Assembly: GCA_963755715.1 (NCBI GenBank)
Contig: CAVWLW010000013.1
Location: 28,327 to 92,326 of the forward strand
DNA from: an uncultured delta proteobacterium
Lineage (GTDB): Bacteria; Desulfobacterota; Binatia; UBA9968
Reading direction: 5' to 3'
DNA: 64,000 nt
The notes beneath the pieces are model-generated. The model made no database searches. It worked only from the letters and a program-made list of their open reading frames with translations, and was not told the origin of the DNA. The position numbers and the translations under genes are program-made. Below, in pieces: positions 10,364 through 20,552 of this stretch; within the stretch, counting starts at the first letter, position 1; the number at the start of each line of letters is the position of its first letter.

Positions 10364-11416
10364 TTACGCCGCTTGTTTTTGCACCCGCGGCAATTTCGAC
10401 GCATCGATATTGTAGAGCCGCGAAACATTGTCGCAGACCACTTTGCGCTGGGTTTCCGCCGACAGATGGCCGAGGTCCCGTTCGATGATTTTTCGCGAGT
10501 TGGGCCAGGTCGAGTTTGGATGCGGAAAGTCATTCGACCACATGATGTTGTCTTCGCCCCAATACTTTAGATTTTCGCCGCAGACGTGATCGTTGAAGAA
10601 GCAGGCATAGATCTGCTCTTTGACGAAGCTGCTCGGATTGCGGGTGAACGGCGGCGGGTTTTGTTTCTTGAAACGATTGTAATAATAGTCCCATTGCTGA
10701 AACATCCACGGCATCCAGCCGCTTTCGTTTTCCACCGAGACGATCTTGAGCTTGGGATTTCTTTCGAGGACGCCATAAAAAACGAACTCGAAGAGCGCGT
10801 TGGCGATATCCATGAGTTTGAGGTTCACGCTGCCGCGGTAACGCTCGACGCCTTTTCTGTTTTTGTCTTTGTTGTAGCTGTGGCCGGTCAGAATATGCAG
10901 GCTGACCGGAGTATCGAAATCCTGGCACGCCGCCCAAAACTTATCGTAGTGGCTGGAATGAAAGGGCAGATCCGGATGGGGCGCTTGCCAAATGATCGCG
11001 CCTTTCAGCCCGGCTTTGTGGCAGCGCTCTAGTTCTTTGATGCCATTATCGATGTTGTACACCGGAATCGCCGGAATACCGATGAGCCGGTTGGTGTCGG
11101 CATTGCAATAATCAATTAGCCAGTCGTTGTAAACGCGGAAGCAGGCTTCTTGCAAGCCGGGATCATCGAGAGCGAAGAGATCGAGCATCAACGTCGGATA
11201 GAGCACTTCGGCGCTCAGGCCGTCGGCTTCCATTTCCTTCATCCTGGCGTTCGGATCCCAGCCGCCGGCGTGCTGCTGGAAGCCTTCGCCGACCTGGTGT
11301 GGCGGAAACAGCGGCGCCACCTCCCGATATTTTTCCGGCACGCCTTTTTTCCAAAGATCCACAGGTTCCATGACGTGGGAATCTGATGAAATGATAAGGT
11401 CGCTTGCTATCGCCAT
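10364..11416 (-). CDS. Amidohydrolase_2 family protein
   Basis: ISSDSHVMEP, VLYPT, SLHILTG and MWSNDFPH motifs. Confidence 0.92.
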   Translation of the reverse strand: MAIASDLIISSDSHVMEPVDLWKKGVPEKYREVAPLFPPHQVGEGFQQHAGGWDPNARMKEMEADGLSAEVLYPTLMLDLFALDDPGLQEACFRVYNDWLIDYCNADTNRLIGIPAIPVYNIDNGIKELERCHKAGLKGAIIWQAPHPDLPFHSSHYDKFWAACQDFDTPVSLHILTGHSYNKDKNRKGVERYRGSVNLKLMDIANALFEFVFYGVLERNPKLKIVSVENESGWMPWMFQQWDYYYNRFKKQNPPPFTRNPSSFVKEQIYACFFNDHVCGENLKYWGEDNIMWSNDFPHPNSTWPNSRKIIERDLGHLSAETQRKVVCDNVSRLYNIDASKLPRVQKQAA

Positions 11417-11582
11417 ATATCGATCCTCCTTGAACAAGTCTAGAAAATGTTGCGCGATAATTTAACCGCACCTTAGACGATTCGCCGCGCGCGTGTCAAT
11501 TGCCTGACGAGGCGCAAGGCGGAAGGGGTGAGTCAGAAAAAATTAAGATTTCTCGCTTTGCTTGGAATCACAAATCCTCACG

Positions 11583-12221
11583 TCACTTTCTCCAGACCGA
11601 TGCGAGCCAGGGTTGCTGCTCGCGCGGCAATCCGGGTGGGCGGAAGTAATGATCTATTTCAGTGAAGCCGGCAGCGGTCACGAGCTCGCGCCAGCGTTGC
11701 CAATCGTAGTAGCAACCGTAGCGCTCGCCGCTCCAGCCTTCGTCGTTTTCGCCGCGCGGATTGGAGCTAAAGAGCACGCCGTCAGGCTTCAACGTCGCCC
11801 AAAGTTCTTTTAAGACTCGCGGCAATTCTTGGCTCGGCACATGGAAGAGCGCGGCGTTGGCAAAAATTCCGTCGAAATATTGCGCCGGCAAATTCATCTT
11901 CAAAAAATCTTGGTGCCATACTTCGCAGCCGCTGTACTTTTGCGCCAGCTCGACGAAGCGCTCCGCTCCGTCGAGTCCGATCGCTTCGTGTCCGAGATCG
12001 CGAAAGATCTTCAAATCTCGGCCGGGACCGCAGCCGAAGTCGAGAATGCGAAACGGTCCGGTGCCGTGCAGAGCTTGCAAGAGCGCGTCGCGGTTCTGGC
12101 TGACATCGTGATCGCGCGTGCCTTCCCAGAAACTGTTGGCGTGCTGATCATAATGCCAAAGAGTGGTTGTTGATGTTTGCGCGAGTTCTTCGTCGCTGAG
12201 CTTGTGTTGCCGATTAGTCAC
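11583..12221 (-). CDS. Class I SAM-dependent methyltransferase
   Basis: ILDFGCGPGRD motif I and FDGIFANAALFHVP. Confidence 0.92.
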   Translation of the reverse strand: MTNRQHKLSDEELAQTSTTTLWHYDQHANSFWEGTRDHDVSQNRDALLQALHGTGPFRILDFGCGPGRDLKIFRDLGHEAIGLDGAERFVELAQKYSGCEVWHQDFLKMNLPAQYFDGIFANAALFHVPSQELPRVLKELWATLKPDGVLFSSNPRGENDEGWSGERYGCYYDWQRWRELVTAAGFTEIDHYFRPPGLPREQQPWLASVWRK

Positions 12222-12247
12222 TGTAACAGGCTGGTAAGGAAAAACGA

Positions 12248-13244
12248 TTAGGTGGCGTGCCGAACTTGAACGTCGGGATTGATCAGGTTTAAAGGTTTGC
12301 CGTCGAGATAATTGAGAATGTTGTGCAGCGCCTGCTCATAGCGCTCGCTCATGACTTCCACGGTCGCGTAGCCGCGGTGCGACATGAGGATCGCGTTGTC
12401 GAAGCGGCGCAGCGGATGATCCATCGGCAGCGGCTCGATGTCGTAAACGTCGAGTCCCACGCCGCCCAATTTTCCGCTCGCCAATGCTTCGATCATCGCC
12501 GGTTCGGAGACGATCGGGCCGCGCGCGGTATTCACCAGCAGCACGCCGCGCTTCATCATGGCGAATTCTTTTGCGCCGATGCTGCCGCGGGTCTCCGCGG
12601 TTGAATTAATGTGCACCGTGAGGATGTCCGATTCCCGCCATAAGGTTTCCAGCGCCACGCACTCGGCACCGGCTTCCGCCGCGCGCGCCTGCCGTGAGCG
12701 TGCGTGAATAAGCGAGCACGCGCGTATTGGCGAACGCCTTCATGACGCGGGCGACTTCACTGCCGATCCGGCCGAAGCCGAAAACCCCGATGGTTTTGCC
12801 TTCAAGCGTGTTGCCGGCGATGGCAGGCCAAGCTTCCTCGCGCATGCGCGCATTCACCTGGGGAATCTTACGCAACAGGGCGAGAATCAGCGCGACCGTT
12901 AATTCGGTTGTCGACACGCCGTTATCAGCTGCGGTGCCGGTGACCGCGATGCCGCGGCGGGTGGCATTTGCTAGATCCAAGTGCTTACTGGTTCGGCCGG
13001 TTTGCGAGATGAGTTTCAGATTGGGGAGCTGGGAATATTCTTTGTCGCTAAAAAAAGTTCGCTCGCGCATCAGGAGCACGGCGTCGAATTCGCGCAGCGC
13101 GGCGACGATATTCTCCGAGCCGTCCAGCCTTTTTCTCAGAAGTGTCACGTCGGCTCGTGCCTGGAGCTCTTTGTATGCCGGCACCGTATCGGCGAGCTTT
13201 TCGAAATCGTCTAAGATTGCGACTTTGAATTTTTCGGTTGCCAT
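12248..13244 (-). CDS. D-2-hydroxyacid dehydrogenase family; frameshift near 12690
   Basis: VAILDDF, MRERT, GVFGFGRIG, LVNTARGPIV and LDVYDIEPL. Confidence 0.9.
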
Positions 13245-13249
13245 GATTC

Positions 13250-13927
13250 TTACGCCGTGGCCGTGACTTCGACCTCGCAGAACTTGCCCTCGGAGGAATA
13301 GCCGTCGACGAAACAGTATTCCATTTGAGGAATTTTTGCCGTTACGTGGCGCGCAAAAAGCGTTTTCAAGTTTTCCAAAGTCTGGCTGCGATGCAGGTAA
13401 AACGAGATGCGCGCGACTTTTTCCCAGGAGCTTCCCGCGTCTTTCAGCGACCCTGAAATGCGCGGAAAGATGTTGTCGAATTGTTCGGCGAGCGTCGGCA
13501 GGACGGTCGTCACGCCCGATAGGACGACCACGGAATCCTGTACCAGAAAGCGAATGGGCGCGATCGGCGGATCGTATTCGACGATGCGCTTTTCCGCGGG
13601 TTGAGAGGGACGCATGGCAATGAGATCGAGCGCAACTTTGGCGCCCGAATCGAAATGGCCCGGCGCGATATAACTCGAGCTTGCCGAGCGCGCTTTGCCG
13701 GACAATATTTTGACGCGCTCGGTGCTGCCGAGATCACGGCTTTGCCGATCGCGTCCCCAGAGCCGGCTACGCACGGTGTTGTCGAGGGACAATCCGTGCG
13801 CCTTGAGCTCCTGATCGATGCGCTGGAACAATTCCTGCGCTTCGATGGTCGCATTCGCCGCCGCTTTGGCTTCGCCGGACAACTCGATAAATTCTTTTCC
13901 CAACCACGTGAAGATTCGCTTGCGCAT
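13250..13927 (-). CDS. Protein with two tandem RidA/YjgF-like domains
   Basis: The pattern LSG...I...L...G.S....V occurs twice; ends in EVEVTA. Confidence 0.6.
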   Translation of the reverse strand: MRKRIFTWLGKEFIELSGEAKAAANATIEAQELFQRIDQELKAHGLSLDNTVRSRLWGRDRQSRDLGSTERVKILSGKARSASSSYIAPGHFDSGAKVALDLIAMRPSQPAEKRIVEYDPPIAPIRFLVQDSVVVLSGVTTVLPTLAEQFDNIFPRISGSLKDAGSSWEKVARISFYLHRSQTLENLKTLFARHVTAKIPQMEYCFVDGYSSEGKFCEVEVTATA

Positions 13928-14050
13928 GATCCGTGCCTCCGATGACGGAGCGATCCTATATCAGCGACGATTGCGGATCAACGTGCGTCAAAGGAAGAGC
14001 CCTCAAAACTTGGAAGTGACGTGCAAGGATTGGCCCGAATCCGAGGTTGG

Positions 14051-14198
14051 CTACTTTCGATAAAGCATGAACAGGAAATCTCGAATCACTTTGATCAACG
14101 GCTTGCCGAGAAAGAATTCGGTGGAAAAGCTGATGAGGCCGAGAGCGAAGACAAAGAGGAGCAAGAAAAAAGATTATCGCGCCGATTTTAGACTTCAT
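14051..14198 (-). CDS. Small single-TM membrane protein (about 48 aa after removing one base from a homopolymer)
   Basis: MKSKIGAIIFFLLLFVFALGLISFSTEFFLGKPLIKVIRDFLFMLYRK* is restored by deleting one T of a T-run. Confidence 0.5.
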
Positions 14199-14290
14199 GT
14201 CGGTCATCACCCTCGAACCGAATGGCGATGATTTTATCAATATTAGCAGGGAAAGCGCCAGACGGGATAGAGCTCCAAGCCGCGGCTGCG

Positions 14291-15403
14291 CTAGGGCTTG
14301 ATGCTTAAGCGAATGATCCGATCGTCGTCGGGCGCCGGGCTGCCGCGGCCATCGCGGTTGCTGGTAAGCAGATAGAGCGCTTTATCGGGTCCTTCGACAA
14401 TATCTCGCAGGCGGCCGAACTGACGGGGAAAATGGCGCTCGAGATTTTCCGCCTTGCGCGGATCGTTGGGATCGAGAACGAGGCGATACAGAGTTTGCCC
14501 ACGCAGGCCGGTAAAAAGCAGCGACCCGGCCCAAGGTCCGACGCTAACAAAAACAGCCCCGCTCGGCGCCCAAGTTTCGTTCGTGCCGGATTGGATGACC
14601 GGCGAAATCATGCCTTCTCTGGCATCGTCGCCGCGGATTTCCGGCCAGCCGTAGTTTTTGCCCGGCTCGATATAATTTACTTCGTCGCGGCAGCAGCCTT
14701 GGAAACCGCTCGGTCCATGTTCGGTGGCATAAAGTCGTCCGGTGCCCGGTTGCCAGGCCAAGCCTTGGGGATTCCGATGGCCAAGCGAATAAACATAGGA
14801 GTTTGGAAATGGATTGTCCGCGGGTATGGTTCCGTCTGAATTGAGCCGGAGAATTTTTCCGTTCAATGATTTGACGTTCTGCGCGTAGCGCGTCGTTTGC
14901 GCGTCGCCGACGGTCCAGTAGAGTTTTCCGTCCGGGCCGAATTTGACTCTGCCGCCGTCGTGGTTGCTTGCGCCGGCCACATCGTCGATGAGCACTTTGT
15001 CGAGAATGCCTTTGCCCTTTACATCTTCACGCAAGCGCACCAGACGATTGCGCAGGGAGAAAGCCCCGATGCGGTAACTGTAGGCGACGTAGAGGAAACG
15101 ATTCTGTAAAAATTGCGGATCGACGGCGAGCCCCAGAAGTCCTGCTTCGCCGACCGCCGCGACGTCCAGCGTCATCCACGGTTCGGGCCGTAGTTGGCCT
15201 TGCTCCACGATACGGATGCGGCCGGGACGTTCGCTGATAAAAATCCTGCCATCCGGAGCAAAATCCAGCGCCCACGGCGTGTCCAAACCGCGCACGAAAG
15301 TTTCGATAGCAAGGTCGGGGGAGGCGGCGTTCGATGGGGCCGGAAAATTAATGCCGACAACGACGGTCACAATCAAGAAGAGCCGCAGCATGTTGATTGC
15401 CAT
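14291..15403 (-). CDS. PQQ-dependent sugar (aldose) dehydrogenase, YliI/GSDH family
   Basis: Signal peptide; GEAGLLGLAVDP, NHDGGRVKFGPDGKLY, SLGHRNPQGL and GKNYGWP. Confidence 0.93.
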   Translation of the reverse strand: MAINMLRLFLIVTVVVGINFPAPSNAASPDLAIETFVRGLDTPWALDFAPDGRIFISERPGRIRIVEQGQLRPEPWMTLDVAAVGEAGLLGLAVDPQFLQNRFLYVAYSYRIGAFSLRNRLVRLREDVKGKGILDKVLIDDVAGASNHDGGRVKFGPDGKLYWTVGDAQTTRYAQNVKSLNGKILRLNSDGTIPADNPFPNSYVYSLGHRNPQGLAWQPGTGRLYATEHGPSGFQGCCRDEVNYIEPGKNYGWPEIRGDDAREGMISPVIQSGTNETWAPSGAVFVSVGPWAGSLLFTGLRGQTLYRLVLDPNDPRKAENLERHFPRQFGRLRDIVEGPDKALYLLTSNRDGRGSPAPDDDRIIRLSIKP

Positions 15404-15466
15404 TCGCGTATTGATGCGTCGTTGGCAAGCAAAAGCGGTTGCCGGCGAATGCAAAAGTTTGATCGT

Positions 15467-17020
15467 TTAGTTGGCCGCCGGCGCGGTGCAGCAAGTTAGC
15501 TGCGCTGACTTTGGCGTCGAGCGATCGGGCGCTTCCCAGAGCGCGCGCAAATCGGGCGAGTAGGGATAGCGAATGCCGTTTTCTTCGAGAATCTTGCCGG
15601 TCGCTTCCATTAGATCGCTGCGATTAAATACCATTGTCTCGTGGGTGAGGACGCCGGAGCTGGCAAATTTAAAGGTGATTTGTTCGTCGTGGCTGTCGCG
15701 CAGGATTTCCACCAGCTGACGCAAGTTCTTGACCGGCACGCCGTTGACTTCGCTCAACACGGAGCGATTGGGATCGTCGTAGCCCCTGGTAATGCGATGG
15801 GGAAAAAGTGGCGACGCGACGACGACCAGCTCTTCGTTCTCGAAAGTGGGCTTGTCGAAGCGCCGGGTCACGAGCGGGCTCGGACTACGTCCTAAGGAAG
15901 GCGGCGGCTGATTACCAAGCCGCTCCAGATAGTCTTGGGTTGTTTGCGAGAAAACAAACGGGCCGAAGATAAAGTAGCGTGGATTTTTATCCATCAAAAA
16001 AGGAATGACCAGATCGCGTTGATAGCGCACCGGTAAACTGACTTGTATCAACCGGCCATCGCGATAAATCGTCAGCGGCAACAGGCCGTTCTTGGCAAAC
16101 TTTTGCACGAGATAAGACGCCGAAAGGCGCAAATCATAGCGGATCGAAACTTTGCCGTCGGCGTCGATCGGCATATCGCCGATCTTGGTAATGACGTCCC
16201 ACTCTTGGAGCGGATAGCCTGGACTGTCCTGATAGGGCTGCGCTACCATGACTCCATTGATGCCCTTCGGCAGCCCGAGCCGCTGGCGCAAGGCATCGTT
16301 CTCGACGGTTTGGACCAAGTCATTTAATTGCGGCTTGCCATCGTAAACGCCGTCGGCGACGTCTTTTAGAAAAAGCTGGATTTCTTCGACTGGGATCAAA
16401 TAGCCGATGTTTTGTGCGTTCTGAATCAAGCTGAACACGAGCCCGACCAGTTTGCCGTCGGACACCGCTGGCCCGCCGCTGTTGCCGAAGTTGAGCGCGG
16501 CATCGACCTGAATGCGCAACCCGCTCGTCTGATAATAGTAGTCGGTGTACTCGATCCGCGAGACGATTCCCTGAGTGACGGAGAGCTCGGTACCGCCGGT
16601 GGGATAGCCATAAACATTGATCGCGTCTTTGACCCGCGGTAACTCCTGGGCGAAGGAAAGAGTGCCGCGGTTATCAAAAAAAGATTCATCATCGAGCTTT
16701 AGAATCGCCAAGTCGATTCCCGGGGCGATGGCTTCGATGCGCGCCGGGATGTAGCTCGCCGATTGGTTGGGCTGAACATAAATTTGGCTCGCATATTTGA
16801 CTACGTGGGCATTGGTGAGAATGCGCTTGCCGTCGATCACGACGCCCGACCCCTTCACCTGACGCGGACTGCTTTTGGTCCAGGGCCGGAGCAAATCCGG
16901 GCCCTGCTGGCTGGCGTGGATTTTTACGACCAAATCGCGGATTGCGTCCTGGGCGTGAAGCCGGGCCGGAAAAATCGCGCAAAAGCAAAATATCACCAGT
17001 CGTAGAAACATTCGATCCAT
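15467..17020 (-). CDS. HtrA/Deg trypsin-like serine protease with PDZ domains
   Basis: LTNAHVV (His), DLAIL (Asp), DAALNFGNSGGP (Ser); signal peptide. Confidence 0.93.
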   Translation of the reverse strand: MDRMFLRLVIFCFCAIFPARLHAQDAIRDLVVKIHASQQGPDLLRPWTKSSPRQVKGSGVVIDGKRILTNAHVVKYASQIYVQPNQSASYIPARIEAIAPGIDLAILKLDDESFFDNRGTLSFAQELPRVKDAINVYGYPTGGTELSVTQGIVSRIEYTDYYYQTSGLRIQVDAALNFGNSGGPAVSDGKLVGLVFSLIQNAQNIGYLIPVEEIQLFLKDVADGVYDGKPQLNDLVQTVENDALRQRLGLPKGINGVMVAQPYQDSPGYPLQEWDVITKIGDMPIDADGKVSIRYDLRLSASYLVQKFAKNGLLPLTIYRDGRLIQVSLPVRYQRDLVIPFLMDKNPRYFIFGPFVFSQTTQDYLERLGNQPPPSLGRSPSPLVTRRFDKPTFENEELVVVASPLFPHRITRGYDDPNRSVLSEVNGVPVKNLRQLVEILRDSHDEQITFKFASSGVLTHETMVFNRSDLMEATGKILEENGIRYPYSPDLRALWEAPDRSTPKSAQLTCCTAPAAN

Positions 17021-17194
17021 TATATCTCCTTGCGCCGCTGCGTCATAATAAAACAGTGCGCATTATATACCAAAAGAGTGCTAAGTGAAGCCGCTAAAAA
17101 ATCGCTGGTTTTGACTGAACGAAATTCATCTAGTATAGCCAAGCGATCCCACATGTTATGGCTTCTTAGGCGACTGCACTCCTGGCAGCTGACG

Positions 17195-17372
17195 CTGGTA
17201 GCTCTCAGCCACTGCAAGGGTCGTGATTGTTTCTCCGATTGTCGCTAGAGCCGTTTTCAGCCTAGTTATTTCGCTGATTTTCCTGCGCGGCAAGAAAAGC
17301 GTCACCAGTCGCACGATCCTCGGTACAGTGGCGGTCGTAGCCGGTACGATCGTCATTGTTTTGGGAAGGTAG
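17195..17372 (+). pseudogene. 3' remnant of an EamA/DMT transporter
   Basis: Fragments ARVVIVSPIVA and FSLVISLIFLRGKKSVTSRTILGTVAVVAGTIVIVLGR*; no 5' part is present. Confidence 0.55.
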
Positions 17373-17455
17373 CGGCATGAAATCGTCTTGACAGCGTGAA
17401 GGTCTCAAGCCTATCGGTAATTTCATAGTGCAGTTAATTCTCCAAGGAGGCAGCC

Positions 17456-17764
17456 ATGTGGTATTTAGTTTTACGACGACCGGTAAAGCCGCGCGAAGAG
17501 TGGACGGTGACTCTCGATCAACATCTGGTCTGGATGAAGCAACAACACGAATCGGGAAAGATTCTCTTTTCGGGTCCGACCACGGATCGCAAGTATGGAG
17601 TTTATGTTATCCGCGCGGCGTCGAAGACTGACGCAGAGCAGATCGCGGCGAGCGATCCTTACACTGCGGCGGGCTTTGCCGCTTTTGAATTGCTCGAATG
17701 GGAAGTGCATCAGATCATGGGCGTGGGACCGTTCACGGCGGCGGAGATGCGCGCGCACCGGTGA
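17456..17764 (+). CDS. YciI family protein
   Basis: 102 aa; QHLVWM, LFSGP and AASDPY motifs; AAGGAGG RBS. Confidence 0.85.
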   Translation: MWYLVLRRPVKPREEWTVTLDQHLVWMKQQHESGKILFSGPTTDRKYGVYVIRAASKTDAEQIAASDPYTAAGFAAFELLEWEVHQIMGVGPFTAAEMRAHR

Positions 17765-17827
17765 GAAAAACGGCGACTGAAATGTTGGAGTGATGGAATG
17801 ATGGGTGATTTGGGGGGGACGAGAAAA

Positions 17828-18944
17828 GTGAAATCGTTACGAATCATCGCTATGGCTGTTTTTTTGGCGCAACTTCGCCGCTGCCAGCGTTCGGGCGCAA
17901 TCGGACTGGAAAAAACAGTGGGAAGCGACGGTGCAAGCAGCGAAGAAAGACGGCGAGGTAGTGATCTACGGTCCGCACAATCCGGCTTATCAGCAAATCT
18001 GGGCGATTTTTCAGAAAAGTTATCCCGACATAAAGTTTAGTTTCGTTCCCGGCAAAGGCGCCGATCACGCGCAGCGAATCGTCTCGGAACGTCGCGCCGG
18101 AAAGTATCTAGCCGATCTGCTCATGGGCGGTTCGTCGAGCTTTGCAGTGTTCGCGCCCGGCACCTTGGAGCCTCTAAAGCCGCTGCTTGTCTTACCCGAA
18201 GTCACGGATCCGTCCGGATGGCTCGACGGCAAGCTCTATTTTGCCGACACCAGCAATGCCGCATTGATTATTTCAGGGGAGATCGGCACGCGCCGCGGCT
18301 CCTATAACACCAAGCTCGTCGATCCGAAGGAGATCCAATCCTGGTGGGATTTGCTCCAGCCGAGATGGAAGGGCAGACTTGGCAGCTTTGATCCACGGGT
18401 CGCGGGAGGGGGCGGCGAGACTTTCATGTTCTTTTATTACACGCCGTCGTTGGGGCAGAAATTTATTACTCGATTTCTTACCGAGACCGACCTTGTGCTG
18501 ACCCGTGATTTGCAGCAGGGCACCGATTGGTTGGCGCACGGCAAGATTCATTTTTACATCGGCAGCGGTCAGCCGATCATGAAGGCAAAAAAGCAAGGGC
18601 TGCCCGTTGATCTGATGCCGCATCCGATGAAGGAAGGTGACATCATGGGCGGCGGCTCCTGCTGCATGGCGGTGATGAACCGGGCGCCGCATCCGAACGC
18701 GACGAAGCTTTTCATCAATTGGGTGTTGTCGCGCGAAGGCCAGAGCGCGTGGCAGAAATATACCGAGGTGAACTCGTTGCGCATGGATATCCCGAAAAGC
18801 GATCTACTGGCGGACGACGTGCCGCAAAAAGGCGTGAATTATTTCATGCTCAATTCCGCCAAGTACAACGAGCCAGCAGGGCGCAAGGATTTGCACAAGA
18901 TTGTCGACGAGGCGCTCAAGACAGCGGAGAAAGCGAAAGGATAA
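17828..18944 (+). CDS. Extracellular solute-binding protein (Fe3+/thiamine-like ABC family); frameshift in the signal region
   Basis: AAKKDGEVVIY, SYNTKLV, SWWDLLQPRWKG and APHPNATKLFINWVLSREGQ. Confidence 0.88.
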
Positions 18945-18962
18945 GGGCGGAAGGATAAAAGC

Positions 18963-19916
18963 ATGGCATCGATCGGATTAATTGGGCTGGGTAACGCCGG
19001 CCGCCCAATGGCTGAGCGAATTCTCGCAAAGGGACATTCCCTCACGGTGTTTGATATCGACACCGGAGCGCTTGATCGGGTTGTCCAGCGCGGCGCACGT
19101 CCGGCGCATTCCGCGGGCGCGGCGGTCTCGGACATTACCATCACGCTGCTGCCGTCATCGGTGGAAGTGCGACAAGCCGTGTTGGGTGAAAACGGTGTGT
19201 TGAACTCACTTCGGCCGGCATCGACGGTGATCGATCTCAGCGGCACCGATCCGGATTGCGCGCGCGAGCTGGAAGAACGATTGCGGGAAACGCAGGCCAC
19301 GTTCATCGGCGGGACGATTCACGCCAGCGGCGCGCCGGCCGTAGTGATTCCACAAGGCCGATTCTCGATCGTCATCGGGGGAGAGAAAGCCAAGATCGCG
19401 GCCGCCGCGGCTTTCCTGAACGAAGTGGCGCAAACGGTTATCTGTTTGCCCGAGCCGTGGATGCCGAAGGCTTTCAAGATCGCGATCATCCTATACGCGA
19501 CGGCGAATAATATCATCACCGCGGAAATTTGTTCTTGGCTCACCGCCCAAGGCGCCGACCCGAAGTTGTTTCTCAAACTGTTGCAGACTACCGGCTCCCA
19601 AGCTTCCGCGATCCGCATGGAAGAGTTCATGAAGCGCAAGAATAACCACGGCGGCGCGCTCAGCAACAGCTACAAAGATTTCCGCCAAGCTTTAAGCATC
19701 GCCGCAAAGTTGGAGATTCCGATGCCACTTGCGTCGACGGCCAATCAGATCCAAGAAATGGCGCGGGCGAGCGGCTTCGCGCGGCTCAATAGTCCGGCCG
19801 CGATGGGCGAGCTGTACGAGCTGATTACGGGCACCGATTTGAGCGGCGCAACGATGGACGCCGAAAAGAAACTTCACGAGGAATGTGAGCCGCGAGTGAT
19901 CTACTTGGCTGAATAA
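18963..19916 (+). CDS. NAD(P)-dependent oxidoreductase, 3-hydroxyisobutyrate/6PGD-like family
   Basis: IGLIGLGNAGRPMA Rossmann motif, ITLLPSS and KDFRQAL. Confidence 0.88.
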   Translation: MASIGLIGLGNAGRPMAERILAKGHSLTVFDIDTGALDRVVQRGARPAHSAGAAVSDITITLLPSSVEVRQAVLGENGVLNSLRPASTVIDLSGTDPDCARELEERLRETQATFIGGTIHASGAPAVVIPQGRFSIVIGGEKAKIAAAAAFLNEVAQTVICLPEPWMPKAFKIAIILYATANNIITAEICSWLTAQGADPKLFLKLLQTTGSQASAIRMEEFMKRKNNHGGALSNSYKDFRQALSIAAKLEIPMPLASTANQIQEMARASGFARLNSPAAMGELYELITGTDLSGATMDAEKKLHEECEPRVIYLAE

Positions 19917-20026
19917 AGGCGAATCCGAAAGCACTAGATTTTTTATGGGGCTGAGCCAGGAAAACGTGAAATTGCCGGGACGCCCGCTCGGTCTCCGCGG
20001 CGCGTTTGGCGCGTAGGATGACCCTC

Positions 20027-20088
20027 AAAAAAAAATTTAAAAAACTTAAAAATCTATCTTGACAGGAACGCTACACGGCGTTAGGAAT
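20027..20088 (+). promoter_or_regulatory. Putative sigma70 promoter with A-tract UP element
   Basis: A-tracts at 20027-20052, a perfect TTGACA at 20059-20064, and an imperfect -10 (TAGGAAT) 17 nt later at 20082. Confidence 0.65.
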
Positions 20089-20091
20089 TGG

Positions 20092-20495
20092 GTTAGCCCC
20101 AGCCTCCAAAGGGGTGAGAAGAGCACGAACGAAGCGCGCACGTTTTCAGCTCTTCGAAAGTGGAGGTCGATTATGGAAGATAGTCCGCCGGGCGAGTCAG
20201 GCCCGCAGACCGCGGGCGGCAGCAGTTCGAGCAAGCTACCAGTCAGGCATCGAGCTGTGTGAATCAAGCCCTCGACTTCGGCGCCAGTTAAGGCGCGAAC
20301 CCGGAGACGGGTCAATCAGAAGGTTGGGCTTCCTCAAAGCAGCCTCGAACTTTACTGACGAGAGAGCTGGTTTGAAGTCAAAGCTGCGTTAATTGCGGAA
20401 AGTGGGCAGCAGTTACTAAAATTAAATAAGCATAATGGCGCGATGGCGTCGGCAAAACGGGCAGGTCAATAGAGATGACTGCCCGTTTTGTTTTT
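20092..20495 (+). ncRNA. Candidate large structured non-coding RNA (family not recognised)
   Basis: Lies between convergent genes with its own promoter and terminator. It has at least 8 stems, including a long-range agttcgag/ctcgaact helix and an acccg-GAGA-cgggt tetraloop hairpin. Confidence 0.6.
20453..20495 (+). terminator. Intrinsic terminator, probably bidirectional
   Basis: caaaacgggcag...ctgcccgttttg stem followed by ttttt; A-run on the other side. Confidence 0.8.
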
Positions 20496-20552
20496 GTAAA
20501 CAGTGAAGCGAGCAAAGCGGCGTCGTGAGAATGCATGAGCCTCTGAGGTTGC

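Noticed and set aside
20092-20495. Assignment of the RNA to tmRNA, RNase P, SRP, 6S, a c-di-AMP riboswitch or a hammerhead ribozyme
   Set aside because: Only partial look-alikes are present (tcaggccc...gcagc; ctgacgag; ggaaagtg). Required termini and core motifs are missing by eye.
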